Sequence record: OR167180
Length of the DNA stretch: 64,000 bases
DNA from: Escherichia phage MIZ4
Direction: 5' to 3' (one strand)
Under the pieces are notes generated by a model. It worked only from the letters and a program-made list of their open reading frames with translations. It was not told the DNA's origin and did no database searches. Positions within the stretch are counted from its first letter, which is position 1. The number at the start of each line of letters is the position of its first letter. Below are positions 55,122 to 64,000 of this stretch, piece by piece. The translations under genes and the position numbers were made by a program.

Positions 55122-55150
55122 ATAATAAAACCATTATAGAGTAGTGTCAA
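55122..55150 (-). promoter_or_regulatory. early promoter (TTGACA-N17-TATTAT) followed by GCCTCC/GGAGGC hairpin
   Basis: read directly. Confidence 0.4.
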
Positions 55151-55157
55151 CTAATTT

Positions 55158-55682
55158 TTAGTAGCCGCGTTCTTGACGGGCGAAGTTTTCAGCATTTTTC
55201 AGATAGTACAGAATAAAGAGTTCTTGAGCGTCAATACCCAGCGGGATCATCTTTGACAGAATGAAGTGGATCGCGTCCACAAATTCAAATTTCACTTCAA
55301 GCTGATCTTCTGGTGACAGTTCAGAGAATTTACGCGCTCGCGCTTCTCCGTGGTTCTTTTTCCACATTTTCCAGATTGCACTTGCATCTTTACCATTGGA
55401 CATTCCACCCAGCGATGTGTAAAGCTCTCGTGTTTCGTCTGCGATAGCGTCATCCATCCGTTGCATCCAATCCAGCATTTCACCGCAAGTCTCTAGCTTA
55501 GTTGGATTTGGGACCCAATCAAATTTTTCGGATAATGCAACCTGCAAACCAGTTTGCATTTCGAGCATCACCTGAAACGGATCTTTACCTTCTGCAATCG
55601 CGTGATGATATGCGGCGATAGCCGCGTTAATATCTTTTTCGTTAACCAGACCAGCACAAGAATTAAATTCTGACATATTCAC
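55158..55682 (-). CDS. 56: dCTPase/dUTPase-like nucleotide pyrophosphatase
   Basis: ORF track; collinear with T4 gp56 (EKDPFQVMLEMQ, KLET.GE.LDWM, EMSPEDQLE.KFE.VD, LYYLKN.ENFARQ.RGY). Confidence 0.9.
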   Translation of the reverse strand: MNMSEFNSCAGLVNEKDINAAIAAYHHAIAEGKDPFQVMLEMQTGLQVALSEKFDWVPNPTKLETCGEMLDWMQRMDDAIADETRELYTSLGGMSNGKDASAIWKMWKKNHGEARARKFSELSPEDQLEVKFEFVDAIHFILSKMIPLGIDAQELFILYYLKNAENFARQERGY

Positions 55683-55690
55683 CTCATTAA

Positions 55691-56719
55691 TTAAAATTTA
55701 CAATATTTCATAAACCGCATTTTAGCCATCAGACCTTGTACGGTGTTCTCTTTGATGTATTCCATGATCTGGTCGCGTGTAGCGCCCTCGTCCTGAATCA
55801 TGGCGTTAACGTCTTTAGAATGCCACGGGCAACGATCCCACAATACAATCTTTTCCCCTGCATTGATAAACTTTTCCAGTCGGTGCATTGTATCGGCAGA
55901 CCGTGGTTCCGCATCAAGTACAAACACTCGCTGGTCTGGGAAAGGGATTTCATCTAATCCCAAAGTACCGCCAGTAATTGCACACCCGTTATCAATAAAC
56001 AATGAATCGATCGGACCTTCTAAGAAATACACTGGTTTACTCGGATCGGCGCGTTCAAGACCATAGACCTTACTCGCTAACTCATGAGTTTTAATCGTCA
56101 TATATTTGGTCTTTCCGTAATCCTTTCTCAATGCTCGCCCCTGAATGGATTCTATCTTGTTCTCGCGGTTAAAGATAGGAATCACTAAACGCGGTTCAGG
56201 TTGTGGATTCTTGAAAGTATCAGCCTTAATGTGATTTGCTACCTTTTGCCATTCTCTCGTGAAATACAGAAGATCCCATTTATCGTGAGGGATGCAACGA
56301 TCACTGACATACTTTATTATAGGATGATTAGCCGGAAGAGTATCTAATCTCTCGCAGAAAGGCAATGTTTGCACTTTCTTAATCTCCGGCTTTTCTACCT
56401 TTTTCAGTGGCTTGAACGTGGTGTTCTTGTGGTCGCCTTGTTCCTTCCGTCGTTCCATAAGCCATTCCCTGAATAGGTCCGGCTTATACTGTTTGAGAAA
56501 TTCACCTAACGGCTGATTGTAGTTACAGTTGAAACAGCCGCAACGCAAACTATCCTTATAGGTATAGATACGGAATCGCGCTTGAGTATGATTTTTCTTT
56601 GAGTCACCGCAGATCGGACAACTACAGACCAGCGTAAATGAACTAGTATGCAACCGTTTAAAATTTCGTTCGCCGTATATGGCTTTTTCCGCTATTTCAT
56701 AATCTGCGTAGTAAATCAT
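55691..56719 (-). CDS. 61: DNA primase
   Basis: ORF track; N-terminal zinc ribbon CSCPICGDSKKNHTQAR...CGCFNCNY; 342 aa. Confidence 0.9.
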   Translation of the reverse strand: MIYYADYEIAEKAIYGERNFKRLHTSSFTLVCSCPICGDSKKNHTQARFRIYTYKDSLRCGCFNCNYNQPLGEFLKQYKPDLFREWLMERRKEQGDHKNTTFKPLKKVEKPEIKKVQTLPFCERLDTLPANHPIIKYVSDRCIPHDKWDLLYFTREWQKVANHIKADTFKNPQPEPRLVIPIFNRENKIESIQGRALRKDYGKTKYMTIKTHELASKVYGLERADPSKPVYFLEGPIDSLFIDNGCAITGGTLGLDEIPFPDQRVFVLDAEPRSADTMHRLEKFINAGEKIVLWDRCPWHSKDVNAMIQDEGATRDQIMEYIKENTVQGLMAKMRFMKYCKF

Positions 56720-56728
56720 AATAACCTC

Positions 56729-56932
56729 TTATAGCTCAAATTTCATGAAAGTTCCTACACTTTCATTTTCATTCTCTCCGTTTTCATCTAAGCCAAATTT
56801 GTAGACACTACCATCTGGCGATGTGTAAGAGAATACACGAAAACGTCCTACTGGGTCAAGTTCTGTAAATTCATATTCTTTTCCGGCTTCAAAAAGTGCA
56901 TATGTGCTTTTAAGACATTTCATCGTAATCAT
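56729..56932 (-). CDS. hypothetical small protein
   Basis: ORF track. Confidence 0.4.
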   Translation of the reverse strand: MITMKCLKSTYALFEAGKEYEFTELDPVGRFRVFSYTSPDGSVYKFGLDENGENENESVGTFMKFEL

Positions 56933-57252
56933 TTAAGCGCCACCGACAACAGAATGAGAACTACACCAACATACATTGTGATCTCGGATAACTTTTCTGT
57001 TTTTGTTTTGTGTCCAGATAATCCGAAAACAACAACACCGATAATAGCGGACAGCAAGCCAACGATAAACATGATGATACTAAGCACCGTCTTTCTCCTT
57101 TTTGCGTTTTTCTTTACCCGCTACACTAGGTCCACGATTGGTAATAGATCCGCTCGTTTCACCTGCTGCGATCTTCTCAGGATTGCCGCCAGCATCGCCA
57201 GCGGTCATATCTTCTTTGAGTTTATTTTCTTCAACAAACTGTTTAAATCCAA

Positions 57253-57630
57253 TCATAGAATAATCTCTTTCAGTAAGTCAACAATCTGGTCTTTCGTCAG
57301 TTTATCCTGATTCTCTACAATCTTGATAACACAAGCATTAACATCTTTTCGAGTCACGCGGGAGATCGTTTTAATACGATGAAACGGTTCGTAGAAATAT
57401 ACTGCTTCATTATAGAGAGCGGATACTTTACGACGCATTTGATCTTTATCTGACAAGAAAACAAGTGCTGTTTTATGACCTTCTACACCCGCCACGTTAT
57501 ATAGTTCAGCAACACCCCAGCGACCTTCCGGTTCAATCATTCCGGCGTGTTTACCGTCGATAAAAATAAGAATATCTCCGTTGAATGCGGTTTTGAATGC
57601 TACATCTTCCGGCGTAATCATATTTTTCAT
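57253..57630 (-). CDS. hypothetical protein
   Basis: ORF track. Confidence 0.45.
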   Translation of the reverse strand: MKNMITPEDVAFKTAFNGDILIFIDGKHAGMIEPEGRWGVAELYNVAGVEGHKTALVFLSDKDQMRRKVSALYNEAVYFYEPFHRIKTISRVTRKDVNACVIKIVENQDKLTKDQIVDLLKEIIL

Positions 57631-57660
57631 AATATAGTCTCCTTAGAGTTTCATTATAGA

Positions 57661-58296
57661 TCAAGCGAATGTAGAAAGCAAATGTTTTGTTTCTTTCAGT
57701 TGTCGTTCAAGATCTTTGCGTTTCTCTTTAAGTTGCATTTTAGCATTATTTCGCTGTTTTTCAACATCTTTATCAATGCTCTTATTCCAGTTATCAATAT
57801 CAGAATAAGTTGGCATACCCAATTCTAGACCTAATGCGGTTGGATACAGGGTAACAGTCCATAAACCGCTAATCTTCTTAAATAGGTCTGGGTGTAGTGT
57901 ACTATCTACATCTTCCGGTGTCAACTCTTTTTCTTCTTTCGGTGGTGGGATCTCGTCATATGGTTCCAGTGCATTTACTTTAATATCAGATACCTCATCA
58001 AAGAATCCGCGTACATCCGCAGGAAATACACAAGCAATTTCCCAACCGTGATCACGCAGAGAAGTAATATTTTTCACTCCCCCACCATGTGTGATGATTG
58101 ATGTGACATTGCCATCGAGGTCCACCGAATTTACGAGAAATGGCTTATCGTCTGTCAGATCATTATAAAACTGTGCTTCGGCTGTAGTCATCTCCAGAAA
58201 CAGATCTCGGATCGGACGACCATCAGGTGCGTTACCTTCCTTGAGAGTATAAAAGCGACTTACGATCCATTTTGGCGGTAAAGCATTAGCGATCAT
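57661..58296 (-). CDS. hypothetical protein
   Basis: ORF track. Confidence 0.45.
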   Translation of the reverse strand: MIANALPPKWIVSRFYTLKEGNAPDGRPIRDLFLEMTTAEAQFYNDLTDDKPFLVNSVDLDGNVTSIITHGGGVKNITSLRDHGWEIACVFPADVRGFFDEVSDIKVNALEPYDEIPPPKEEKELTPEDVDSTLHPDLFKKISGLWTVTLYPTALGLELGMPTYSDIDNWNKSIDKDVEKQRNNAKMQLKEKRKDLERQLKETKHLLSTFA

Positions 58297-58346
58297 GTTA
58301 TATCTCCTATCAAATCATTCACCAGCGCCCCGCAGGGCGCGTTTTA

Positions 58347-59759
58347 TTAGAAAGTCATGTTATTTGCTAGCTCGTCGAGTTTTTCTCGTTTCTCGGCTTG
58401 CTGTGCGCTTTGTGGTTTAACTTGTGCATTCTCCTGATCTGCGATCTGGTTTGGTACTTCATACCAACGCTGATTGCCTTTCTTCACACCAACGTTAAAC
58501 CGTGAATAATAGTTCTTATCACCGTAACGAGACTTGATCTGCTTCATGAGTTGGACGCCCATTTTAGCCAGGTCTTCGGTTTCGATAACACCCAACATAA
58601 AGTCGGCAGTAGCCGGAAGACCTGCTGATTCAGCGGTATCACTCATGTTAAGGTCGGAAGCATCCCAACCCGCGCGGGTAGTCTGTGCCGCAGTCCAACC
58701 AACAACATCCCACTTAACAAAAAATCCTCGCAGTTCTTCCGCAATCGCCTTAACTAGTGTGTAACTATTTTCAGAGTATACACGCAAGCGAGACGATGCG
58801 CAAATCCCAAGATAGTCAACAATCACAACATCAGGTTTAAACTGTTTCTTGAGTCGCAATTCATTCATTAACGCCTCAAAGTGATTGGAGTTCGCGCCAC
58901 CAGTCGGATACTGCTTGATCATCAATTTTCCAACCGGACGATCTCCGATCTTCTTATTCTTAACACGCTTCATGCGTGCGGAATATTCCGCAAAAGAAAC
59001 ATTACCATTATCCAATTCATCTAATGTAATGTCAAGCAAGTTTGCGTCGATACGTTTGGCTACGACATGCTCTGCCATCTCCATTGAGATATACAATACA
59101 TCATAACCACATTCCATATAATCCGCAGCAAGAGAACACAATCCAAGCGATTTACCAACGTTTACACCAGCAAGCAACACATTTAGCGTTTTTCTTTCCG
59201 CCCCTCCTTTCGTGATTTTATTCAACATCGGCAGCTTAAACGGGATCTTATTCGCCTTAGTCTGATATAGCAAGAATCGTTTTTCAAAGTCATTAAACCA
59301 GTCATGACCTACATCAGAATCAAACGTAATGGATAGTGCTTCCTGCATGATCTCAGGAATAGCACCCTCACTAGGCAATTTCTTATTCTGTTTCTCTTTT
59401 GGTAGTTGTGCGTTCGCCTGAATCTCTAGCGCCCGTGACATTGCATTGTACATAGCACGGTCACGAATAAATTTTTCGGTTTCCTTCATTAACCAATCAA
59501 GGTCTTCCGGTGTATTCTCAAGCGAATCAAGAAGAGTTTTAGCCCCTTCATATGTTGTCTGATTGCCTCTCTCCTTGTCTAAAGCAATCTGTAATGCAGT
59601 TGGCGTAGGAATATTGGAATATTCGTCTACGTGCTTTTTAATCAGCTTATAAATCAGTTTTTCTTCGTCTTCGGTGAAGTAGTCCGCTTTAAGGTGAGGC
59701 CATACATTCGTAAAGAATGCGCCATTGTAAATCAACTGTGAAAAGATAGTTTTAATCAT
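58347..59759 (-). CDS. 41: replicative DNA helicase (DnaB-like)
   Basis: ORF track; Walker A AGVNVGKS; 470 aa. Confidence 0.92.
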   Translation of the reverse strand: MIKTIFSQLIYNGAFFTNVWPHLKADYFTEDEEKLIYKLIKKHVDEYSNIPTPTALQIALDKERGNQTTYEGAKTLLDSLENTPEDLDWLMKETEKFIRDRAMYNAMSRALEIQANAQLPKEKQNKKLPSEGAIPEIMQEALSITFDSDVGHDWFNDFEKRFLLYQTKANKIPFKLPMLNKITKGGAERKTLNVLLAGVNVGKSLGLCSLAADYMECGYDVLYISMEMAEHVVAKRIDANLLDITLDELDNGNVSFAEYSARMKRVKNKKIGDRPVGKLMIKQYPTGGANSNHFEALMNELRLKKQFKPDVVIVDYLGICASSRLRVYSENSYTLVKAIAEELRGFFVKWDVVGWTAAQTTRAGWDASDLNMSDTAESAGLPATADFMLGVIETEDLAKMGVQLMKQIKSRYGDKNYYSRFNVGVKKGNQRWYEVPNQIADQENAQVKPQSAQQAEKREKLDELANNMTF

Positions 59760-60073
59760 ACATAGCCCCCAACTACACGCATAACAAAGGTCTTGAGTTT
59801 ATACCAGAAAGTTTCTTTTTTCAACTTTTCTTCTGCTTCTTTGATTTGCGCGGTTAACGCCTTAATGACGTGTGGATATACCACATCACGATCTGACGGC
59901 GTGGAGTAGTCGACCACAATACCTTTAGTGTCTGGATCGTATTCAACATTATGAATATAGACAATATGATGTTCTCCCTCTTCATCAACAATTATCAATT
60001 CCTGAATAACTGTCTTCATTGCTTCTTGAATCAAGCTGTGTGCTTCTTCTAAACTTGTTGGTTTCTTATCCAT
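59756..60073 (-). CDS. 40: gp40 (synteny-based)
   Basis: ORF track; between uvsX and 41. Confidence 0.5.
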   Translation of the reverse strand: MDKKPTSLEEAHSLIQEAMKTVIQELIIVDEEGEHHIVYIHNVEYDPDTKGIVVDYSTPSDRDVVYPHVIKALTAQIKEAEEKLKKETFWYKLKTFVMRVVGGYV

Positions 60074-60095
60074 AATATAATCCTCTCTAGATATG

Positions 60096-60115
60096 AAAAA
60101 GGGGCACGTAGCCCC
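60096..60115 (-). terminator. hairpin GGGGC-tacgt-GCCCC plus TTTTT on minus strand downstream of uvsX
   Basis: read directly. Confidence 0.5.
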
Positions 60116-60128
60116 TTTACTACCATTG

Positions 60129-61199
60129 TTATGCTAACATATCTTCGATTTCTTTGTCAACTGCTTCGTCGCTGATCACTTGCCCCAGCTTATAATGATC
60201 GTTGATTGCTTCGTTAAACTTATCGTTTGTCAGAAGTGGTTTCCAGAACTCAATGCTATTGGTTTCTTTAGCACGGAACTTGCGTTCTTCTGTTTCCATC
60301 TCTCCGGTCTCGGTATTTAGGATTGAACGAGAATACCAGCCGTTTGACGGTTTCACTACCCAGCCTAACTCTACAGCCAATTCCAGCAAGCCGGAATAAG
60401 GATCGATGCCACCGCTAAATGTTACGCTAATCGGGAACTTCGATTTTTCTTTAACGGTTCGTGATTTTTCCGCATTCAGGATAAAATCATAACCAGTAAT
60501 TTCGGTTCCTTCTTTCTGCTGACGACGACCAATAATGAAAACTTCATTGGCTGAATACATCGCGCCCGTACCGCCGGACATAACGGTCTTACTAAACATT
60601 TCTTGCGTTTCGTAAGTGTGGTTAATAGCGATGCACGGGATATCATTCATAGTCAGATACGGCGTAACCATACGGAACAAGCCTTTAAGTGCTTTCGCTC
60701 GCGTCATATCCTGTGCGGATTTCTCATTAATCGCGTCTTCAACTTCTTTTTTACTTGCCAAGTTACCGATTGAGTCAATAAAGATGATCACTTTATCTTC
60801 ACGGGTAATTTGCTCAAGCTGGTTCATGATTTCAAATTTAAGTTCTTCGATGTTCTTGATTGGAACATGCACTACGCGATCAGGATCTACGCCCATAGAT
60901 TCCAGATAAGCGGGCGTAATACCGAACTCAGAATCAAAGAACAAACAAGCCGCATCGGGATTCTGTTTCATGTATGCACTAACACAAGTTAATCCCATGT
61001 TTGATTTAAAGTGCTTAGACGGACCAGCAAAGAAAATCAGACCAGATTGAAAGCCTTTTTTAAGATCACCGGAAAACGCAATATTCAGCATCGGGATCTT
61101 AGTGCGAGTATTTGTTTTTTCGTTAAAGAAGCTGGATTTAGACAGTACCGCAGTAGTTTTCAGGGTAGAGTTCTTTTTCAGTTTTTCCAGTACAGACAT
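60129..61199 (-). CDS. uvsX: recombinase UvsX (RecA-like)
   Basis: ORF track; collinear with T4 UvsX (KIPM.NIA.SG, GPSK.FKSN, NHTYETQEMFSKTVM.GGTG). Confidence 0.93.
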   Translation of the reverse strand: MSVLEKLKKNSTLKTTAVLSKSSFFNEKTNTRTKIPMLNIAFSGDLKKGFQSGLIFFAGPSKHFKSNMGLTCVSAYMKQNPDAACLFFDSEFGITPAYLESMGVDPDRVVHVPIKNIEELKFEIMNQLEQITREDKVIIFIDSIGNLASKKEVEDAINEKSAQDMTRAKALKGLFRMVTPYLTMNDIPCIAINHTYETQEMFSKTVMSGGTGAMYSANEVFIIGRRQQKEGTEITGYDFILNAEKSRTVKEKSKFPISVTFSGGIDPYSGLLELAVELGWVVKPSNGWYSRSILNTETGEMETEERKFRAKETNSIEFWKPLLTNDKFNEAINDHYKLGQVISDEAVDKEIEDMLA

Positions 61200-61210
61200 T
61201 ATTAATACCT

Positions 61211-61438
61211 CTATTCAGTTAATCCGTAATACTTTAATTGCTTCATTGTTATTCGACCTTTGTAGTGCTCTTGAATTAACTTTTTCATCGCATCAACATC
61301 GATCGTCACAAATACTTCGTTGCTGTGATTTCCGTGAACTTTCTTGAAATGCTCTATGCCTTCCTCACGTTCACGTTTAATCTTTTCAATGTCTCTCATA
61401 ATATATTTCTCACGTTGGCGGGTATCGTCACCCAACAC
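61211..61438 (-). CDS. hypothetical small protein
   Basis: ORF track. Confidence 0.4.
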   Translation of the reverse strand: MLGDDTRQREKYIMRDIEKIKREREEGIEHFKKVHGNHSNEVFVTIDVDAMKKLIQEHYKGRITMKQLKYYGLTE

Positions 61439-61460
61439 CCGCCATTATACACACTTTATC

Positions 61461-62939
61461 TTAAATGTCAAACAGGTCAGTCAGAGATGCCACTTTTTCA
61501 TATTGCAGCTTTGCAGCCGTGGTAATGTTCTCCAGTGGTTTGACGAAAGTCTTATTAAACAACAAAGGCCAGTCCAACCACTTCAACACCTCTGATTCAA
61601 TTTCTGGCGGAATACGAGTACCAGACAACCAACCAAAACAGATTTCACCAAACGGATTTCGATCTTTCAGCGGTACAATCATAACCTTCTCGCCCTCACG
61701 AATCGGATCTAGTCCGAATTTTCGAGCATTACGATTATAACACAATACACTCTTAACCGCATACGGACAACCCTTAATCGGATACCCGTTTGAATCGCTG
61801 TATTTCTGTAGGTTGTTTGCAGATGATACCGCAGCAACATCAAGATAGTCAAGTTTTCTAAATTCTTGCTCAAAAATACCGTAGTATTCCTGCAATGAAT
61901 CTTCACCTTCCTGCAACATACGGCGAATACATTCTTTCAGTGATTTCTGACATGCTTTAGGGGTGGAGCTACGTTGCGTTTCCAAGCCCATGATTTTTAG
62001 CTTAGGTTCAGCAAAGCGCGTTCCTTCCATATCCCAAACATTAAGAGCATACCGCTTTTTACCAGTCCAGAATCCACCGATACCCGCAGATTTCAACGGA
62101 GGACCAGCAATTGCCTCTCGGTCCATAAACATCAAGTGCTCATAGTTGTTCATGTACTCGCATAACTCGCGATATCCCTTGTCGATAATAGGTTCCATTC
62201 GATGTTTACCGAAATTATCAAGGAAGTCAACAAGTTTTTCGGTATCGTCGAAACGGTCTTCCCCGCCAACCTTATCAATAACATTGTTAACCAGCACATA
62301 AACGGAGTCAGTATCACAATAACGAACATATGCAAAATCAGTCGTTCCGCAAAGCTCGTTTAAGTATTCGTTAATCTTACGCTCAATCCACTGAATTGCA
62401 AGCTGACCGAACAGTGTGATCGCACTAGCGTTACGGAGATCATAAAAACGGAATTTAGGATTCCCCAACGCACCATAAAGGGAGTTGATCAAAACTTTTC
62501 GAGAAAGCTGGTTTGTATTGCACAAGATCGACTCGTCTTTACATTCTTCCAGCAATTTCTCTAAGGCATCTTTACTTAATTCAGAAAGCATCGATTTAAA
62601 CGCTTCATCAAAGTCGTGACGCACTTCAACGCTATAGCTAATGGTTCCCCCATAAACATGATTTTCATCGTGTAGAATCGCTTTACATAGTTCAGCATTG
62701 CGATCACATGCCAACATCATGTTTTTGTACTGCTTACGCTGATCGAATACCTTTTTAATCTCAATCGGTACGATACCATGAATATCTTTTCGATACATCC
62801 ATCCGTTAGGCGAGCAAGAATACTCATCACTAGGACGCGGTGCAGTTTTATTGATATACTCGTGCATCGGTGCAGCATCAAAAGATCCAGCGATTGTTTC
62901 AGGCGAAATATTAACCTGACGGATGATTGATGGATACCA
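61461..62939 (-). CDS. 43: DNA polymerase gp43, 3' exon (C-terminal ~490 aa); 5' exon lies beyond the window
   Basis: ORF track 61461..62867 extended in frame to the stop at 62940-62942; YPSIIRQVNISPETI (motif A), YCDTDS (motif C), KKRYALNVWDMEGTR. Confidence 0.85.
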   Translation of the reverse strand, partial: WYPSIIRQVNISPETIAGSFDAAPMHEYINKTAPRPSDEYSCSPNGWMYRKDIHGIVPIEIKKVFDQRKQYKNMMLACDRNAELCKAILHDENHVYGGTISYSVEVRHDFDEAFKSMLSELSKDALEKLLEECKDESILCNTNQLSRKVLINSLYGALGNPKFRFYDLRNASAITLFGQLAIQWIERKINEYLNELCGTTDFAYVRYCDTDSVYVLVNNVIDKVGGEDRFDDTEKLVDFLDNFGKHRMEPIIDKGYRELCEYMNNYEHLMFMDREAIAGPPLKSAGIGGFWTGKKRYALNVWDMEGTRFAEPKLKIMGLETQRSSTPKACQKSLKECIRRMLQEGEDSLQEYYGIFEQEFRKLDYLDVAAVSSANNLQKYSDSNGYPIKGCPYAVKSVLCYNRNARKFGLDPIREGEKVMIVPLKDRNPFGEICFGWLSGTRIPPEIESEVLKWLDWPLLFNKTFVKPLENITTAAKLQYEKVASLTDLFDI

Positions 62940-64000
62940 TTATGTTCAGCGCGGTTCGCTACTCCCGCGCCCGTTCTCTTGCGAACTGCTACATGTCACC
63001 ATGTAGATCAGACTATATCACATTCTCATAGAGAATCCTGCCATTTCGAATCGCTTGATTCTACTCTACTCGGTTCGTTACCCTTTCGATAGTCGTTGAA
63101 CAACTGCATCTTTAAGCTCATTTTGATCAAACGGTGTTCTCTTACAGTACCCGCTATAATTCTTGGCAAAAGGTTTCTTCTTACCAAAGATCTCTTTTCC
63201 TGAATTATGTGCTTCAACAAGAAAATTCACCATTTCATCAAATGTGAAACTTGTAAATTTAGCATAAGTTTCATTACGTTTTGACATTATTTTACTCATA
63301 ACTTCCGGTCGTTTAGACGCTGAATTTTCGCGCTTCTCGCCAGCATTAAATGATACTAACTCACCGGAAACATATCTAGGATCATCACAACTAACTCTAA
63401 ACCGATTTCCTTCCTTATCCTTAACGATAACAGTATTCTTTAGCTTTTCTGCCATAGAATCAAGACCTTTTCGTATAGTGTCCTCATCAGCCCCGAAATA
63501 TTTCTTTCCGCTCATATCGGTTCTGGCTTTTCCGGTCTTGTTTTCGGATATTTTCAGTCTAACTTCCTCTCGCTTGGCTGGGTTATTGTCTCCAGCGAAT
63601 GCATCTTTGGTTAACGCCTTCACTTTATCGTCATAAGATCCTCTAGAGATGAAAGCATATGCTCTCTTGCATTCACCGTTATTGAATATTAAGCACAATA
63701 ACCGATGCGCCTCGACGTGGTCTTCAAACTTAAGCCTAACAAGATTCCATTTATCTAACCGATATTCAGGGAACATTGACTTCGGGCATATATGATGCAC
63801 CTCGGAATATTCTTCACCCTGATACGGATTAGACACCAGTTTAATGTAGTCGTTTAATGCTTCCTCGTTATGTATTTCGTACTTTCTTAAAATGTCTTTC
63901 ATCTCGCGCCTCCAATGTATATCAATATTTATATACATTATAAGACACGTTAGCTCAAAATGCAACTGCTGCTGATTGTCTCCTTAGAGATTTCCCAGCA
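62940..64000 (-). mobile_element. intron-like insertion (probable group I intron, 3' part) in gene 43 carrying an HNH endonuclease ORF
   Basis: in-frame stop inside Pol-B motif A, ~140-nt structured noncoding segment, endonuclease ORF, no 5' exon before window end. Confidence 0.6.
63078..63902 (-). CDS. HNH homing endonuclease with NUMOD-like repeats (intron-encoded)
   Basis: ORF track 63078..63965 trimmed to ATG with GGAGG RBS; EVHHICPKSMFPEY...WNLVRLKFEDHVEAH; GDNNPAKREEVRLKISE and NSASKRPEVMSKIMSK. Confidence 0.7.
   Translation of the reverse strand: MKDILRKYEIHNEEALNDYIKLVSNPYQGEEYSEVHHICPKSMFPEYRLDKWNLVRLKFEDHVEAHRLLCLIFNNGECKRAYAFISRGSYDDKVKALTKDAFAGDNNPAKREEVRLKISENKTGKARTDMSGKKYFGADEDTIRKGLDSMAEKLKNTVIVKDKEGNRFRVSCDDPRYVSGELVSFNAGEKRENSASKRPEVMSKIMSKRNETYAKFTSFTFDEMVNFLVEAHNSGKEIFGKKKPFAKNYSGYCKRTPFDQNELKDAVVQRLSKG

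Noticed and set aside
465-61740. Many ORF-track entries on the strand opposite to the conserved genes, e.g. plus-strand ORFs at 465..776, 2787..3230, 5634..5846, 39457..40059, 45525..46076 and minus-strand ORFs inside the tail-fibre genes at 25892..26290, 27524..27988, 28646..28999
   Set aside because: They lie entirely within or antisense to longer ORFs with clear homology or better context, lack ribosome-binding sites, and have low-complexity or Cys/Phe-rich translations typical of shadow ORFs.
1-64000. tRNA, rRNA or other structured RNA genes
   Set aside because: No cloverleaf-like or rRNA-like segment stood out on reading; the only intergenic regions are short and occupied by promoters or hairpins. 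A tRNA scan was not run, so absence is not proven.

Overview
This window is a segment of a T4-like (T-even type) myovirus genome, with gene order matching the T4 map as I recall it, but it is not T4 itself. On the minus strand it runs DNA ligase 30, gp31, cd, pseT, RNA ligase 63, denA, nrdB, nrdA, td, frd, gp32, gp59, gp33, dsbA and rnh. The plus strand carries the late long-tail-fibre operon 34-35-36-37-38 and holin t. The minus strand then resumes with a block of small early genes, topoisomerase gp52, rIIB, rIIA, a fused 39/60 topoisomerase subunit, dexA, dda, gp56, primase 61, helicase 41, gp40, uvsX and the 3' exon of DNA polymerase 43. Superimposed on this backbone are about 20 early-promoter cassettes with GC-clamped palindromes, five or six nuclease/homing-endonuclease candidates, several tandem families of small paralogous ORFs, and accessory genes absent from T4 (a CYTH-like protein, a secreted LprI-like protein). 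The most notable feature is that gene 43 appears interrupted inside Pol-B motif A by an intron-like insertion carrying an HNH endonuclease ORF. All calls rest on reading the sequence and the ORF track by eye against remembered T4 proteins and motifs; no database search was run. Strongly conserved enzymes are high confidence, synteny-only and small-ORF calls are low.
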